A stretch of DNA of 64,000 nt, from positions 230 to 64,229 of the forward strand of contig CAYJQY010000005.1 of assembly GCA_964372905.1 (NCBI GenBank), read 5' to 3'. The notes under the pieces were generated by a model. That model made no database searches and had not been told where the DNA came from. It was given only the letters and a program-made list of their open reading frames with translations. Positions 27,022 to 36,103 of this stretch are shown here, in pieces. Position 1 is the stretch's first letter. Every line of letters begins with the position of its first letter. The DNA is from an uncultured Candidatus Saccharibacteria bacterium (GTDB taxonomy: Bacteria; Patescibacteriota; Doudnabacteria; UBA920). A program made the translations under genes and the position numbers.

Positions 27022-27192
27022 GAATATGAAGGGATTTTAAAGAAAAGTTAAAATTATGTTGATGAGAATTTGCGGCGATTTTCGTTTTTTTAAGGTCAAA
27101 TCGGCTATTATTTTGCCAATATATCCTTTATCTATGCGAAATTTTACGCCCATGAAACTAGGCTAAAAGCAATCTCTTTAGCCATTAGGCAT

Positions 27193-27221
27193 ATTTTATA
27201 GGATTTTGGAAGATATGTCAA
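27193..27221 (-). promoter_or_regulatory. putative S10-operon promoter (TTGACA-17-TAAAAT) with ~170-nt leader
   Basis: Reverse strand reads aattgacatatcttccaaaatcctataaaat. The leader contains the hairpin ggctaaa-gagattgc-tttagcc. Confidence 0.45.
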
Positions 27222-27223
27222 TT

Positions 27224-27251
27224 AAAGGGACTCTTGGCCAAGAGTCCCTTT
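27224..27251. terminator. perfect 28-bp palindrome (14+14, no loop) 5 nt after the tuf stop; possible partial terminator or protein-binding site
   Basis: aaagggactcttgg|ccaagagtcccttt; both strands are followed by a U-rich tail. Confidence 0.45.
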
Positions 27252-27256
27252 ATGAT

Positions 27257-28444
27257 TTACTTGATAATTTTAGTCACCACGCCGGCGCCGACGGTGCGGC
27301 CGCCTTCGCGGATGGCGAACTTGCCTTTTTCTTCCATGGCCACCGGAGTGATCAGCTTAACCACCAACTTCACGGTGTCGCCCGGCATGACCATTTCCTG
27401 GCCTTCCGGCAGAACAACTTCGCCGGTCACATCCGTGGTGCGGACATAGAACTGCGGCTTGTAGCCCTTGAAGAACGGTGTGTGCCGCCCGCCTTCTTCT
27501 TTGGACAAGATATAAACTTCAGTTTCAAATTCAGTATGCGGAGTAATGGAACCCGGCTTGGCCAAAACCTGACCGCGCTCGACTTCATCTTTCTTGGTGC
27601 CGCGGAGCAGCACGCCTGCATTATCGCCGGCCATACCGGAATCCAAAGATTTGTTAAACATTTCAATACCCGTTACTACAGTCTTGGTGGTGGGGCGAAT
27701 GCCGACAATCTCAACTTCATCGCCGACTTTAATCTGACCGCGCTCAATTCTTCCCGTAACCACGGTGCCGCGGCCTTCAATGGAAAAGATGTCTTCAATC
27801 GGCATCAAATACGGCTTGTCAATTTCGCGCACCGGCTCGGGAATGTAGGTATCCAAAGCCTCGATCAGCTTCATAATAGACGGCTCGCCGAGCTCGGACT
27901 GGTCCCCTTCCAGGGCTTTCAACGCGCTGCCGCGGATAATCGGAGTGTCTTTGCCCGGAAATTCGTATTTGGTAAGCAGATCGCGAATTTCTTCCTCAAC
28001 CAGGTCAAGAAGTTCCGCATCCTGCACCATATCGCACTTGTTCATGTATACCACGATGTACGGCACGCCAACCTGGCGGGCCAAAAGAATGTGTTCGCGG
28101 GTCTGCGGCATGGGGCCGTCAGCCGCCGAAACCACGAGAATGGCGGCGTCCATTTGCGCGGCGCCGGTGATCATATTCTTAATGTAGTCGGCGTGTCCGG
28201 GACAATCCACATGCGCGTAATGGCGCTTGTCAGACTCGTACTCAACATGCGCGGTGTTAATGGTAATACCGCGCGCTTTTTCTTCCGGCGCATTATCAAT
28301 GCTGTCGTAGGCGCGGGCTTTGGCCTTGCCGGTTTTGGCCAGCACGGTCGTCATAGCCGCGGTCAGCGTGGTCTTGCCGTGGTCAACATGACCAATGGTT
28401 CCCACATTGATATGCGGCTTGCTGCGATTAAACTTTTCTGCCAT
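27257..28444 (-). CDS. tuf: elongation factor Tu
   Basis: [18 protein letters not shown] and NKCD motifs; 395 aa. Confidence 0.95.
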   Translation of the reverse strand: MAEKFNRSKPHINVGTIGHVDHGKTTLTAAMTTVLAKTGKAKARAYDSIDNAPEEKARGITINTAHVEYESDKRHYAHVDCPGHADYIKNMITGAAQMDAAILVVSAADGPMPQTREHILLARQVGVPYIVVYMNKCDMVQDAELLDLVEEEIRDLLTKYEFPGKDTPIIRGSALKALEGDQSELGEPSIMKLIEALDTYIPEPVREIDKPYLMPIEDIFSIEGRGTVVTGRIERGQIKVGDEVEIVGIRPTTKTVVTGIEMFNKSLDSGMAGDNAGVLLRGTKKDEVERGQVLAKPGSITPHTEFETEVYILSKEEGGRHTPFFKGYKPQFYVRTTDVTGEVVLPEGQEMVMPGDTVKLVVKLITPVAMEEKGKFAIREGGRTVGAGVVTKIIK

Positions 28445-28668
28445 TGTGGTCCTTTCTTGCGAAGACTCCCTTCGTACGAAGAGTCTCTTCGTCAGCCCGA
28501 GATCCCCTCAACTCTGTTCCCTATCGAACCAAAGGGTCAACGCCGAGGGTATCTCTTTTTTTCCTCTGCCCCCGCCGCGAGCGGCGGACGGCGAACCGGA
28601 ATCCAGAGCTAAATTAATTATTTTATGACAATAAAATATGGCTAAGCTATAAGCCAGTGTCGATAGAG

Positions 28669-28697
28669 ATTATAGCTATTCGCTCTGCCTCTGTCAA
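28669..28697 (-). promoter_or_regulatory. putative tuf promoter (TTGACA-17-TATAAT) with ~215-nt structured leader
   Basis: Reverse strand reads cttgacagaggcagagcgaatagctataat. The leader contains the palindrome cttcgtacgaag (28471-28482) inside a longer imperfect inverted repeat. Confidence 0.45.
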
Positions 28698-28698
28698 G

Positions 28699-29037
28699 CT
28701 ATAAATCCTCAATTTGTACGGCCGGGGCGTCAAAATCAAAGCTGGGATCAATAACTTCGGCGCGCAAGTCCACGCGGGGCGGGGCTCCGCTTGAGGTAAC
28801 TGTGGGGGCCGACGCTATGGGAGCCGACGGCACGGCCTCATCCTGCAATTGCGCCTTCGTAATCTCCCGATTGATTTTTTCGATATCCTCGACCTGACGC
28901 TGGAGTCTGCCGAGCAGCAACTTCTGATATTCGGCCACATTCATCATGACCAGTTTCACATCGCCGGCTTCATCAATCACAAAAACCTTGCCGGAATCGT
29001 CGCCGCACAGAGCGATTATGTCTTTGAGTGTGGTCAT
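28699..29037 (-). CDS. hypothetical protein with Phd/YefM-like N-terminal region
   Basis: …GKVFVIDEAGDVKLVMMNVAEYQKLL… resembles Phd/YefM antitoxin cores; no toxin partner is seen. 112 aa. Confidence 0.3.
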   Translation of the reverse strand: MTTLKDIIALCGDDSGKVFVIDEAGDVKLVMMNVAEYQKLLLGRLQRQVEDIEKINREITKAQLQDEAVPSAPIASAPTVTSSGAPPRVDLRAEVIDPSFDFDAPAVQIEDL

Positions 29038-29050
29038 AGTTCAAACTTTG

Positions 29051-29590
29051 TTACTTCAAAATCAGGAAAAAACTTATATATAAACCCAGCACCGCAAACA
29101 AAACATATTTAGTAGAAGCAACAAGTGGCGACATTCCGCTAAGGTTAGTAGAAGCAAATTTTTCCACATCAGGGCTCAATACTCCCTCACTAAGCGATCC
29201 TTTTAGTTTCTCTAGCAATGCCATTCTGGATCGTACTGAATATTCCTCAGTACGAATTGACAACCGAGCCTGGTTACTTTGTAGTTGTATATACGTTCCA
29301 GGAAAACCTGGAATGTTATCTGTGACAAAAACAGTCACTGCGCTTATCAAGTTATAAGGGATTACGGTTTGCCAAAAAGGGCGTTTGTAAATAATTTCTG
29401 AATCAGACAACACAAAATATGTTAAGTAATCATACCAAGACCACGCGGCCACCAGAGTAAGGAGTATGACAAAAACTGCTGCTGGAAAATTTTGGCTCCC
29501 CGCAGTCCGAAAAATAAAATAACCCGCAGCGAGGCTTAGGACCAAAGGAGGCAATAGTTCCGATATTCTTTTATGATATTTCGTCGCCAT
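29051..29590 (-). CDS. hypothetical membrane protein (2 N-terminal and 1 C-terminal TM helices)
   Basis: Start set at MATKYHK (ATG 29590), 4 nt after the fusA stop; the ORF-track start would overlap fusA. Confidence 0.45.
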   Translation of the reverse strand: MATKYHKRISELLPPLVLSLAAGYFIFRTAGSQNFPAAVFVILLTLVAAWSWYDYLTYFVLSDSEIIYKRPFWQTVIPYNLISAVTVFVTDNIPGFPGTYIQLQSNQARLSIRTEEYSVRSRMALLEKLKGSLSEGVLSPDVEKFASTNLSGMSPLVASTKYVLFAVLGLYISFFLILK

Positions 29591-29594
29591 AATT

Positions 29595-31718
29595 TTACAT
29601 ACCTTTCCGGACGTTGATGCCCTGGCGGCTCTCAATAATTTTCTCCGCGATGTTGCGCGGCACTTCGGCATAATGATCAAATTCCATGGTGTAGCTGGCC
29701 TGGCCCTGGGTCATGGAGCGCAAACTCGTGGCGTAGCCGAACATTTCGGCCAGAGGCACCATAGCATCAATGACTTTGAGATGCAAGCGGTCAGTCATTT
29801 CATTGATCTGCGCGCGCTTGGCGTTGAGGTCGCCAATGACATCGCCCATATTGCTTTCCGGCGTAATGACTTCCACTTTCATAACAGGTTCGATAAGAAT
29901 CGGATTGGCGCGCTTGACCGCATCCTGCAAGCCCTTAGATGCGGCGATCTTGAACGCCATTTCCGAAGAGTCAACTTCGTGATAAGACCCATCAAACGCG
30001 GCCGCGGCAAAATCCACCAGCGGGTAGCCGGCAATAACACCGTTGGCCGCGGATTCCTGAATGCCTTTGTCAATGGGCTTGATGTATTCTTTAGGAATAG
30101 CGCCGCCGACGATTTCATCTTTGAATTCGTAGCCCTTGCCCCGTTCCAGCGGTTCCACGCGCAAATACACATGGCCGTACTGGCCACGGCCGCCACTCTG
30201 GCGAATATACTTAGATTCGGCTTCGGCCACTTTCTTTATAGTTTCTTTATACGCGACTTCGGGCTTGCCCACATTAGTTTCCACTTTGAATTCGCGCTTC
30301 ATGCGATCCACAATAATTTCCAAATGCAGCTCGCCCATTCCGGCAATAATGGTCTGCTGGGTTTCTTCGTCGGAGCGCACGCGGAACGTGGGATCTTCTT
30401 CCGCCAGCTTAGACAAGGCAATCCCCATTTTTTCCTGGTCAGCTTTGGTTTTCGGTTCGATGGCCATGGAAATAACCGGATCGGAAAACTTGATGGTTTC
30501 AAGCTGGATGGGCTGGTCGACATCACATAGCGTGTCGCCGGTATAGGTATCCTTGGGGCCAACCAGAGCACAGATGTCGCCGGCATAAACTTCTTTGAGC
30601 TCTTCGCGCTCATCCGCGCGCATGAGCACAACACGACCCACGCGCTCTTTGTTGCCGGAGCGCGAATTCAACACATAGCTGCCCGTTGAGAGTTTTCCTG
30701 AATAAACTCTAAAGAAAGCCAAACGGCCCACAAACGGGTCAGTGGCAATTTTAAAGGCCAGCGCGGAAAACGGCTCTTCATCCGAAGGCTTGCGCTCAAT
30801 GGCTTCACCGGTTTTGGGATTGTGGCCTTTTACCGCGCCACGGTCAATCGGGCTGGGCAAAAGGTTCACTACGGCATCCAAAATGGACTGCACAATAATA
30901 CCGCGCCCGTCGCCGCCCAAAACCGGAAAAAACTGCCCGCCCTGCACGGCCTTGCGAATGGCGCTCAATAATTCCTGTTCAGTCAATGCGGTTCCGCCCA
31001 AATATTTTTCCATCAAAACATCATCAGACTCAACGACTTTTTCCAATAATTTATGACGATAATTTTCGGCCTTGGCTTTCAGATCAGCCGGAATCTCCCC
31101 CACGGTAAATTCTTTATCCGTAAAATCTTTATAAGTGTAAGCCTTCATCTGCACCAAATTCACAAAGCCGGAAATGTCTTTTTCAAAACCAATGGGAATC
31201 TGAATGGGAAAAGCGTTCGGCGACAAGCGCTTGTGAATAGAATCCAAAGATTTATAAAAATCGCCGCCGGTCTGATTGATTTTGTTGATGAAACACATGC
31301 GCGGCACATGGTACTTGTCGGCCTGGCGCCACACGGTTTCGGACTGCGGCTCCACGCCCATTTTGCCGTCGAACACCACCACGGCGCCGTCGAGCACACG
31401 CAAAGACCGTTCCACTTCCACGGTGAAGTCCACATGGCCCGGAGTGTCAATGATGTTGATCTTATGTTTAACGGCGCCCGCCAACTGGTTGAATTTTGGA
31501 ATCCAATAACAAGTTACGGCTGCGGCAGTAATGGTGATGCCGCGCTCGCGCTCCTGTTCCATCCAGTCCGTGACGGTCTCACCCTCGTGCACCGCGCCGA
31601 TCTTGTGGATCATGCCGGTGTTATACAAAATCCCCTCGGTGACCGTGGTTTTCCCGGCATCGATGTGGGCGATGATTCCAATATTACGGGTTTGTTCTAT
31701 GGGGTATTCTCGGGGCAT
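29595..31718 (-). CDS. fusA: elongation factor G
   Basis: [17 protein letters not shown] and NKMD-type motifs; 707 aa. Confidence 0.95.
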   Translation of the reverse strand: MPREYPIEQTRNIGIIAHIDAGKTTVTEGILYNTGMIHKIGAVHEGETVTDWMEQERERGITITAAAVTCYWIPKFNQLAGAVKHKINIIDTPGHVDFTVEVERSLRVLDGAVVVFDGKMGVEPQSETVWRQADKYHVPRMCFINKINQTGGDFYKSLDSIHKRLSPNAFPIQIPIGFEKDISGFVNLVQMKAYTYKDFTDKEFTVGEIPADLKAKAENYRHKLLEKVVESDDVLMEKYLGGTALTEQELLSAIRKAVQGGQFFPVLGGDGRGIIVQSILDAVVNLLPSPIDRGAVKGHNPKTGEAIERKPSDEEPFSALAFKIATDPFVGRLAFFRVYSGKLSTGSYVLNSRSGNKERVGRVVLMRADEREELKEVYAGDICALVGPKDTYTGDTLCDVDQPIQLETIKFSDPVISMAIEPKTKADQEKMGIALSKLAEEDPTFRVRSDEETQQTIIAGMGELHLEIIVDRMKREFKVETNVGKPEVAYKETIKKVAEAESKYIRQSGGRGQYGHVYLRVEPLERGKGYEFKDEIVGGAIPKEYIKPIDKGIQESAANGVIAGYPLVDFAAAAFDGSYHEVDSSEMAFKIAASKGLQDAVKRANPILIEPVMKVEVITPESNMGDVIGDLNAKRAQINEMTDRLHLKVIDAMVPLAEMFGYATSLRSMTQGQASYTMEFDHYAEVPRNIAEKIIESRQGINVRKGM

Positions 31719-31821
31719 TGTTGAAATTTAAGATTTAGGGTTAAAAATTTTAGATCGTTTTGCCCTTTACAAAACTCTCTCTCTCTGTTATTTTAAAATG
31801 TTTGATGAAAGGAGGTTTGGA

Positions 31822-32034
31822 ATGCAAAATGAGCAACGAAAGTATCGGCGAGAGTGTCGGCGGGCATTCATTTTGACGCTCTTGCTGGTGCTGGGAGTTC
31901 CAGTACTGTGGGCCCTCCGCCCTCCACCAACCATATTCGACTCGATTTGGTTGGGCCTATTGTGGTTTATAGGACTAGCGGGCACATTATTCTTTGCGTT
32001 CGCTTTGAGGAGGATAGCAGGTAAAGGGTCCTAG
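31822..32034 (+). CDS. small two-TM protein encoded antisense in the rpsG–fusA gap (70 aa from the second Met; alternative ATG at 31798)
   Basis: A perfect SD AAGGAGG (31808-31814) lies 7 nt before ATG 31822. The hydrophobic segments are LTLLLVLGVPVLWAL and GLLWFIGLAGTLFFAFAL. A (CT)6 run lies upstream at 31775-31786. Confidence 0.4.
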   Translation: MQNEQRKYRRECRRAFILTLLLVLGVPVLWALRPPPTIFDSIWLGLLWFIGLAGTLFFAFALRRIAGKGS

Positions 32035-32085
32035 GGTAGCCGTTGGTGGCGGGCCTTCGTGTTCGCCATCTTTTTTTATCTTCTC

Positions 32086-32757
32086 TTATCTCCTCCGATT
32101 CCCAAACCTGGCAAAGTGGGCAAACGCCTTGTTGGCTTCGGCCATTCTATGGGTGTCCTCTCGCTTCTTAATTGCGGCGCCCTGCTTGTTGTAGGCATCA
32201 ACAATTTCCGCGGCCAGTTTCTCACGCATGGGCGCGCCCTTGCGTGCGCGGGCCGCGCTAATCAGCCACTTCATGCCCAACGCCGTGCGGCGCGGCTCCA
32301 TAACTTCCATGGGTACCTGATAATTTGAACCGCCAATGCGCCGACCCTTTATTTCCATTAAAGGCGCCACATTTTTTAAAGCGATGTCAAATATATCGCG
32401 GCCATCTTTAAATCCCTGGCTGGCCTTGTCGCCAATTGCGGCGGTTTTATATTCAGCGGCCTTGGCTGCTGGCACACCCTTGATCCCGCTTTCGGCAACT
32501 TTAGCTTCGAGCGCGCCTTTTTCCCCGCCAGCTCTGTCAGAACTTTTGACCTCGATATTTTTCGCATCAGCGCCCTTCTCCCCGCTGCTCTTCATCTTTT
32601 CCGCGACCAAATCCAAAGCGGAATAAAAAATCTTCTGGGCCACGCTCTTTTTGCCGCGCTCCATCAAATAATTTATAAACTTGGCGTACTTGGTGTTTCC
32701 GAACTTGGGGTCCGGTGCGGGAACATGCTTGTCGTAACTTCTTGCTCGTCTGGGCAT
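32086..32757 (-). CDS. rpsG: 30S ribosomal protein S7 with ~60-aa internal insertion
   Basis: S7 N- and C-terminal blocks flank the insert [31 protein letters not shown]…. Confidence 0.9.
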   Translation of the reverse strand: MPRRARSYDKHVPAPDPKFGNTKYAKFINYLMERGKKSVAQKIFYSALDLVAEKMKSSGEKGADAKNIEVKSSDRAGGEKGALEAKVAESGIKGVPAAKAAEYKTAAIGDKASQGFKDGRDIFDIALKNVAPLMEIKGRRIGGSNYQVPMEVMEPRRTALGMKWLISAARARKGAPMREKLAAEIVDAYNKQGAAIKKREDTHRMAEANKAFAHFARFGNRRR

Positions 32758-32778
32758 AATTTATCCTTCAAGCGAAAA

Positions 32779-33195
32779 TTATTTTCCCCTCTTGGTTCCA
32801 TACTTAGACCGGCTGCGTTTTCGACCGTCAACGCCCAAAGTATCCAATTTTCCGCGCACAATGTGATAGCGCACGCCCGGCAAGTCCTTCACGCGGCCGC
32901 CGCGGATCATGACCACGCTGTGTTCCTGCAAATTGTGGCCGATGCCGGGAATATAGGCAATGACTTCCATGCCGTTGGTAAGCTTAATCTTGGCGACTTT
33001 GCGCAAGGCCGAGTTCGGTTTCTTGGGCGTGGTGGTATAGACCTTGAGGCAGACGCCGCGCATAAACGGCGCGCCGCCGCTCAATTCAAAACTGCGATTC
33101 TTGATAAGATTGATGCGGCGCTGCAAAGCCGGCGACTTGCTCTTGGCCAAAAGCGGCCGGCGCCCTTTTCTTACTAACTGATTGATTGTCGGCAT
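32779..33195 (-). CDS. rpsL: 30S ribosomal protein S12 (with ~14-aa insertion)
   Basis: [12 protein letters not shown]…[12 protein letters not shown]…[17 protein letters not shown] signature. Confidence 0.9.
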   Translation of the reverse strand: MPTINQLVRKGRRPLLAKSKSPALQRRINLIKNRSFELSGGAPFMRGVCLKVYTTTPKKPNSALRKVAKIKLTNGMEVIAYIPGIGHNLQEHSVVMIRGGRVKDLPGVRYHIVRGKLDTLGVDGRKRSRSKYGTKRGK

Positions 33196-33240
33196 GACTG
33201 GTTTTGATTAAGAATTCTTTTTAATTAATTGTGAGTTGAT

Positions 33241-33383
33241 GGTCGGCGAGCGATTGCCGTTCGCACACGCGTAGCCTCGTCCAGCGACTCGGCTCGCTCC
33301 CGCTCGGCGGTTCGTCCCGACTTCGTCGGGAACCGTGCCGAACCGCCTGCGCGAGGGTGCTCACAGGCAATCGCTCGCCGACC
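33241..33383. repeat. GC-rich palindromic element with 18-bp perfect inverted-repeat flanks in the rpsL leader; its interior is related to the 17057-17199 element in opposite orientation
   Basis: ggtcggcgagcgattgcc (33241-33258) pairs with ggcaatcgctcgccgacc (33366-33383). The interior shares gacgaag…ccgagcg(g)gagcg word order with the rplO/rpsE element. Confidence 0.6.
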
Positions 33384-33398
33384 GCAGAATCATCCAAC

Positions 33399-33425
33399 AA
33401 AAAAACCCAAAGCAAAAGGGTTTTT
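33399..33425 (-). terminator. intrinsic terminator for the upstream minus-strand transcript
   Basis: Reverse strand reads aaaaaccc-ttttgcttt-gggttttt followed by tt. Confidence 0.5.
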
Positions 33426-33672
33426 GCTTTCTCGCCTGCCTGGTACTGCCCAGAAGCCTTGTGGGCACACTTCCCAAAACCTGCGGCCTGTATGGTAATT
33501 ATCTCGACGAATCGAAATGGCTTCGTATGGATTTTGCTTTAGTATATCACAAATGCCGACGCTGTCAACCGCTGTCAAACGCCAGCGTTCCGCCGGAAGG
33601 TATCGTGTCTCGATTGGAAACTACCGAGGCTGGTGGGGCGCAAAAGGTCTTTAAAAATCCAGGACACTCAAA

Positions 33673-34038
33673 TTATTCCAGGATCTCAATGTTCCATCCA
33701 TCCTTACCTAACCACTGCACGGCTTCGGAGGCGGGCCCATTAAACAAGAACCGGGGATAATCTTCATAATCGTCTTGTTTGGCAAATCCATACGGCAGAC
33801 TTAAGTCCTTGTGCTCTGGAGACAACAAAAGCATATAGGAATAGATCCTGCTGTCAGCACGCTTTAGCTGGTAAAACATGATGTCTGCTGACCCTTTTAT
33901 CTGATTGACTAAGTTCTTCAGGGCAAAAGAATCGGGTTCGCCGGCCGTATCAAGAGGATAATACACAATTTTAACTTTGAAAGGTTGGCCAATTTTGTCC
34001 CTCCGCTCTGTTATTATCCTGTTTTCTTCATTTGCCAT
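33673..34038 (-). CDS. hypothetical protein, 121 aa
   Basis: Clean ORF with no recognised motif. It is divergent from the vapBC pair. Confidence 0.45.
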   Translation of the reverse strand: MANEENRIITERRDKIGQPFKVKIVYYPLDTAGEPDSFALKNLVNQIKGSADIMFYQLKRADSRIYSYMLLLSPEHKDLSLPYGFAKQDDYEDYPRFLFNGPASEAVQWLGKDGWNIEILE

Positions 34039-34169
34039 AACAATTACACACTATAACAACATCTGAAAATCAAGTCAATTACCTGTATATTAAAAATCAC
34101 TTGACAAAATTATTAAATTATAATAACCTCTTATTAGGAATTATTAATCTTTAGAACCATTTTTCATAT

Positions 34170-34409
34170 ATGGCTCAAAATAGAGGTAAAAAAACTGAAG
34201 TTGTTAGCGTATCCATGCCCATGCAATTGCGCGAGGATATAATTAAATACGCCGATAAGCGGGAAACCTCAGTCAGCCAAGTGGTCAACGATGCAGTAAA
34301 AAGTTATCTGCTGCTCGAACAGTGGGAAGAGGTTCGGCGAGTGTTCGTGCCGGCCGCGTTGCGCTTGGGCATCAAATCTGAAGAAGATGTGGAAACATTC
34401 TTCAAATAA
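34170..34409 (+). CDS. vapB: ribbon-helix-helix (CopG/VapB-like) antitoxin
   Basis: VSVSMPMQLREDIIKYADKRETSVSQVVNDAVKSYL RHH fold pattern; 79 aa. It lies directly upstream of a PIN-domain gene. Confidence 0.6.
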   Translation: MAQNRGKKTEVVSVSMPMQLREDIIKYADKRETSVSQVVNDAVKSYLLLEQWEEVRRVFVPAALRLGIKSEEDVETFFK

Positions 34410-34410
34410 C

Positions 34411-34830
34411 ATGAAGCTGGTCTTCGATACCAACATTTATATAGCGGCCGCAGTTCAAGGCGGTTTTTGCAATTATCTCGTAAAGTTGGTGCTTGCGCGG
34501 AACAGTCAGTATACACTCTGCATTTCTGAACCGATCATGAACGAATTGCGCAGTAAGCTGGAAATATTTCTGGCAAAAGGATTGGTTACTGAAACGAACC
34601 GGCTGCTATTGCTGAATACGATTTATCCGGCGGCCCATATCGTCGCCCCTAAAGAAAAAATCCAGGTTATAGCACGGGATCCTGATGATAACAAAATTTT
34701 AGAATGCGCGACGGCGGCCCAAGCCGACCTGATCGTCACTATGGACAAAGATTTGCTCAAACTGAAACGCTTCCGATCAATCGGCATTATCCATCCTAAA
34801 ACATTTGGCTACATGCTTCCGAAAGGCTAG
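34411..34830 (+). CDS. vapC: PIN-domain ribonuclease toxin (VapC-like)
   Basis: MKLVFDTNIYI…DPDDNKILECA…ADLIVTMDKDL carries the PIN acidic residues. The ATG lies 1 nt after the vapB stop. Confidence 0.65.
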   Translation: MKLVFDTNIYIAAAVQGGFCNYLVKLVLARNSQYTLCISEPIMNELRSKLEIFLAKGLVTETNRLLLLNTIYPAAHIVAPKEKIQVIARDPDDNKILECATAAQADLIVTMDKDLLKLKRFRSIGIIHPKTFGYMLPKG

Positions 34831-34865
34831 CTACAATAAATTATAACAATTGGCTCACAAATATT

Positions 34866-35474
34866 TTAAAATAACTCTAGCCCAAATAGCCGGGCAAAAA
34901 GCACAATCACCGGAATCAGAATCTTTTCCAAAATGCCCAGCCACAAAAACAGCAACACCAAAACAAAACCGTAGCGCTCGAACGACAAAATCTTGTACAT
35001 CCACTCATCCGAACCCAGGCTGGCTAAAATTTTGCTGCCGTCCAGCGGCGGAATGGGCAACAGATTAAAGGTTCCTAGTACCAAATTCAGCAAAATGGCT
35101 TGAATAAGAATTGGTTGGGAAACCGAATTGACCAAACCAAGCTTGATGGGAATGACAAATAAAACAGCAAGAATAAAATTACTCAATGGTCCAGCCAAAG
35201 AGACCAAGGCCATGCCCAATTTGGGATAACGCAGATTATTAAAATTCACCGGCACCGGCTTGGCCGCACCGAAAATAATGGGCGAATGAATTGCCAGGAG
35301 CAGTACCGGCAGTAAAATCGAGGCGAACGGATCAATGTGAGGAATGGGGTTAAGAGTGATTCTCCCCTGCTCCCGCGCCGTATCGTCGCCCAGGCGTTCG
35401 GCCATGAGGCCGTGGCAAACCTCGTGCACGATGGCGGAAAACAATAATATGACTAAAGTAATAACAATTCCCAT
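34866..35474 (-). CDS. site-2 protease family (peptidase M50) zinc metalloprotease
   Basis: HEVCHG (HExxH) in the first TM helix and multiple TM segments. Start set at MGIVITL (ATG 35474). Confidence 0.7.
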   Translation of the reverse strand: MGIVITLVILLFSAIVHEVCHGLMAERLGDDTAREQGRITLNPIPHIDPFASILLPVLLLAIHSPIIFGAAKPVPVNFNNLRYPKLGMALVSLAGPLSNFILAVLFVIPIKLGLVNSVSQPILIQAILLNLVLGTFNLLPIPPLDGSKILASLGSDEWMYKILSFERYGFVLVLLFLWLGILEKILIPVIVLFARLFGLELF

Positions 35475-35715
35475 AATTTTATTATTTAGTCCAGAAAATG
35501 CCAGGCTTATGGAACTATCCGCAGGCCGCCGAGACAGTTTGCCCGGCAAGCAGCATTTGCACCGAGAGATATCTGAGCAACTCTGCTGCTTGCGCGGGCA
35601 ACTGGCGAGGCGGCCGACGACGAGGACTGTGACAGAAGCTTGGCACTTTCTGGACACACTATTGATTAATTATAGCAGGTTATGCTACAATCACCCAGTA
35701 TTTAATTTCATTTCT

Positions 35716-35901
35716 ATGCCCCGAATGTGCGCTATTTGCGGAAAGAGTTACTCCCGCACCATCAAACGATCCCACAGCATGCGCGCCAGCATCGTGCGCC
35801 TGCTGCCGAATTTGCAATGGGCTGTTCATAATAGCCGCCGCGTGAAAGTCTGCACGCGCTGCATCAGAACCAAGGCCAAGCCGGCCAAAGTGCTCGCATA
35901 A
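35716..35901 (+). CDS. rpmB: 50S ribosomal protein L28
   Basis: MPRMCAICGKSYSRTIKRSHSMRASIVRLLPNLQ… has the L28 pattern (C-x-x-G-K…N-x-S-H-x…R-x-x-PNL). Confidence 0.8.
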   Translation: MPRMCAICGKSYSRTIKRSHSMRASIVRLLPNLQWAVHNSRRVKVCTRCIRTKAKPAKVLA

Positions 35902-36103
35902 GCCAAATCACGCCTGCTTCAACGAATTATCAAGAGGGCGAGAAGACCGAAAATCAAAATTATCGCTCCTGAAATTTTATTACTCCAGCTCAACCCCCGG
36001 CTGCTAACTTTATCTCGATAAAAATCAGCAGTCCCGTTCAGAATGAGCCACCAGATCAAGGAGCCAACGAACACACCTATACTTTTTGGCTAAAAGATGC
36101 CAG

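Noticed and set aside
27206-28612. 468-aa plus-strand ORF, plus many other long plus-strand ORFs (e.g. 4058..5071, 6192..6914, 6898..7710, 15874..16950, 29673..30530, 31053..31724, 58176..58853)
   Set aside because: They are antisense shadows of strongly supported minus-strand genes (tuf, htrA, the unknown/dnaX pair, secY, fusA, leuS) in GC-rich sequence. The translations are low-complexity with no motifs.
35905-36103. Possible 58-codon hydrophobic ORF (GTG start) downstream of the ATP-grasp gene as a RiPP precursor or small membrane protein
   Set aside because: No ATG, no RBS, and it overlaps the 3' end of rpmB on the other strand, so the support is too weak to annotate.
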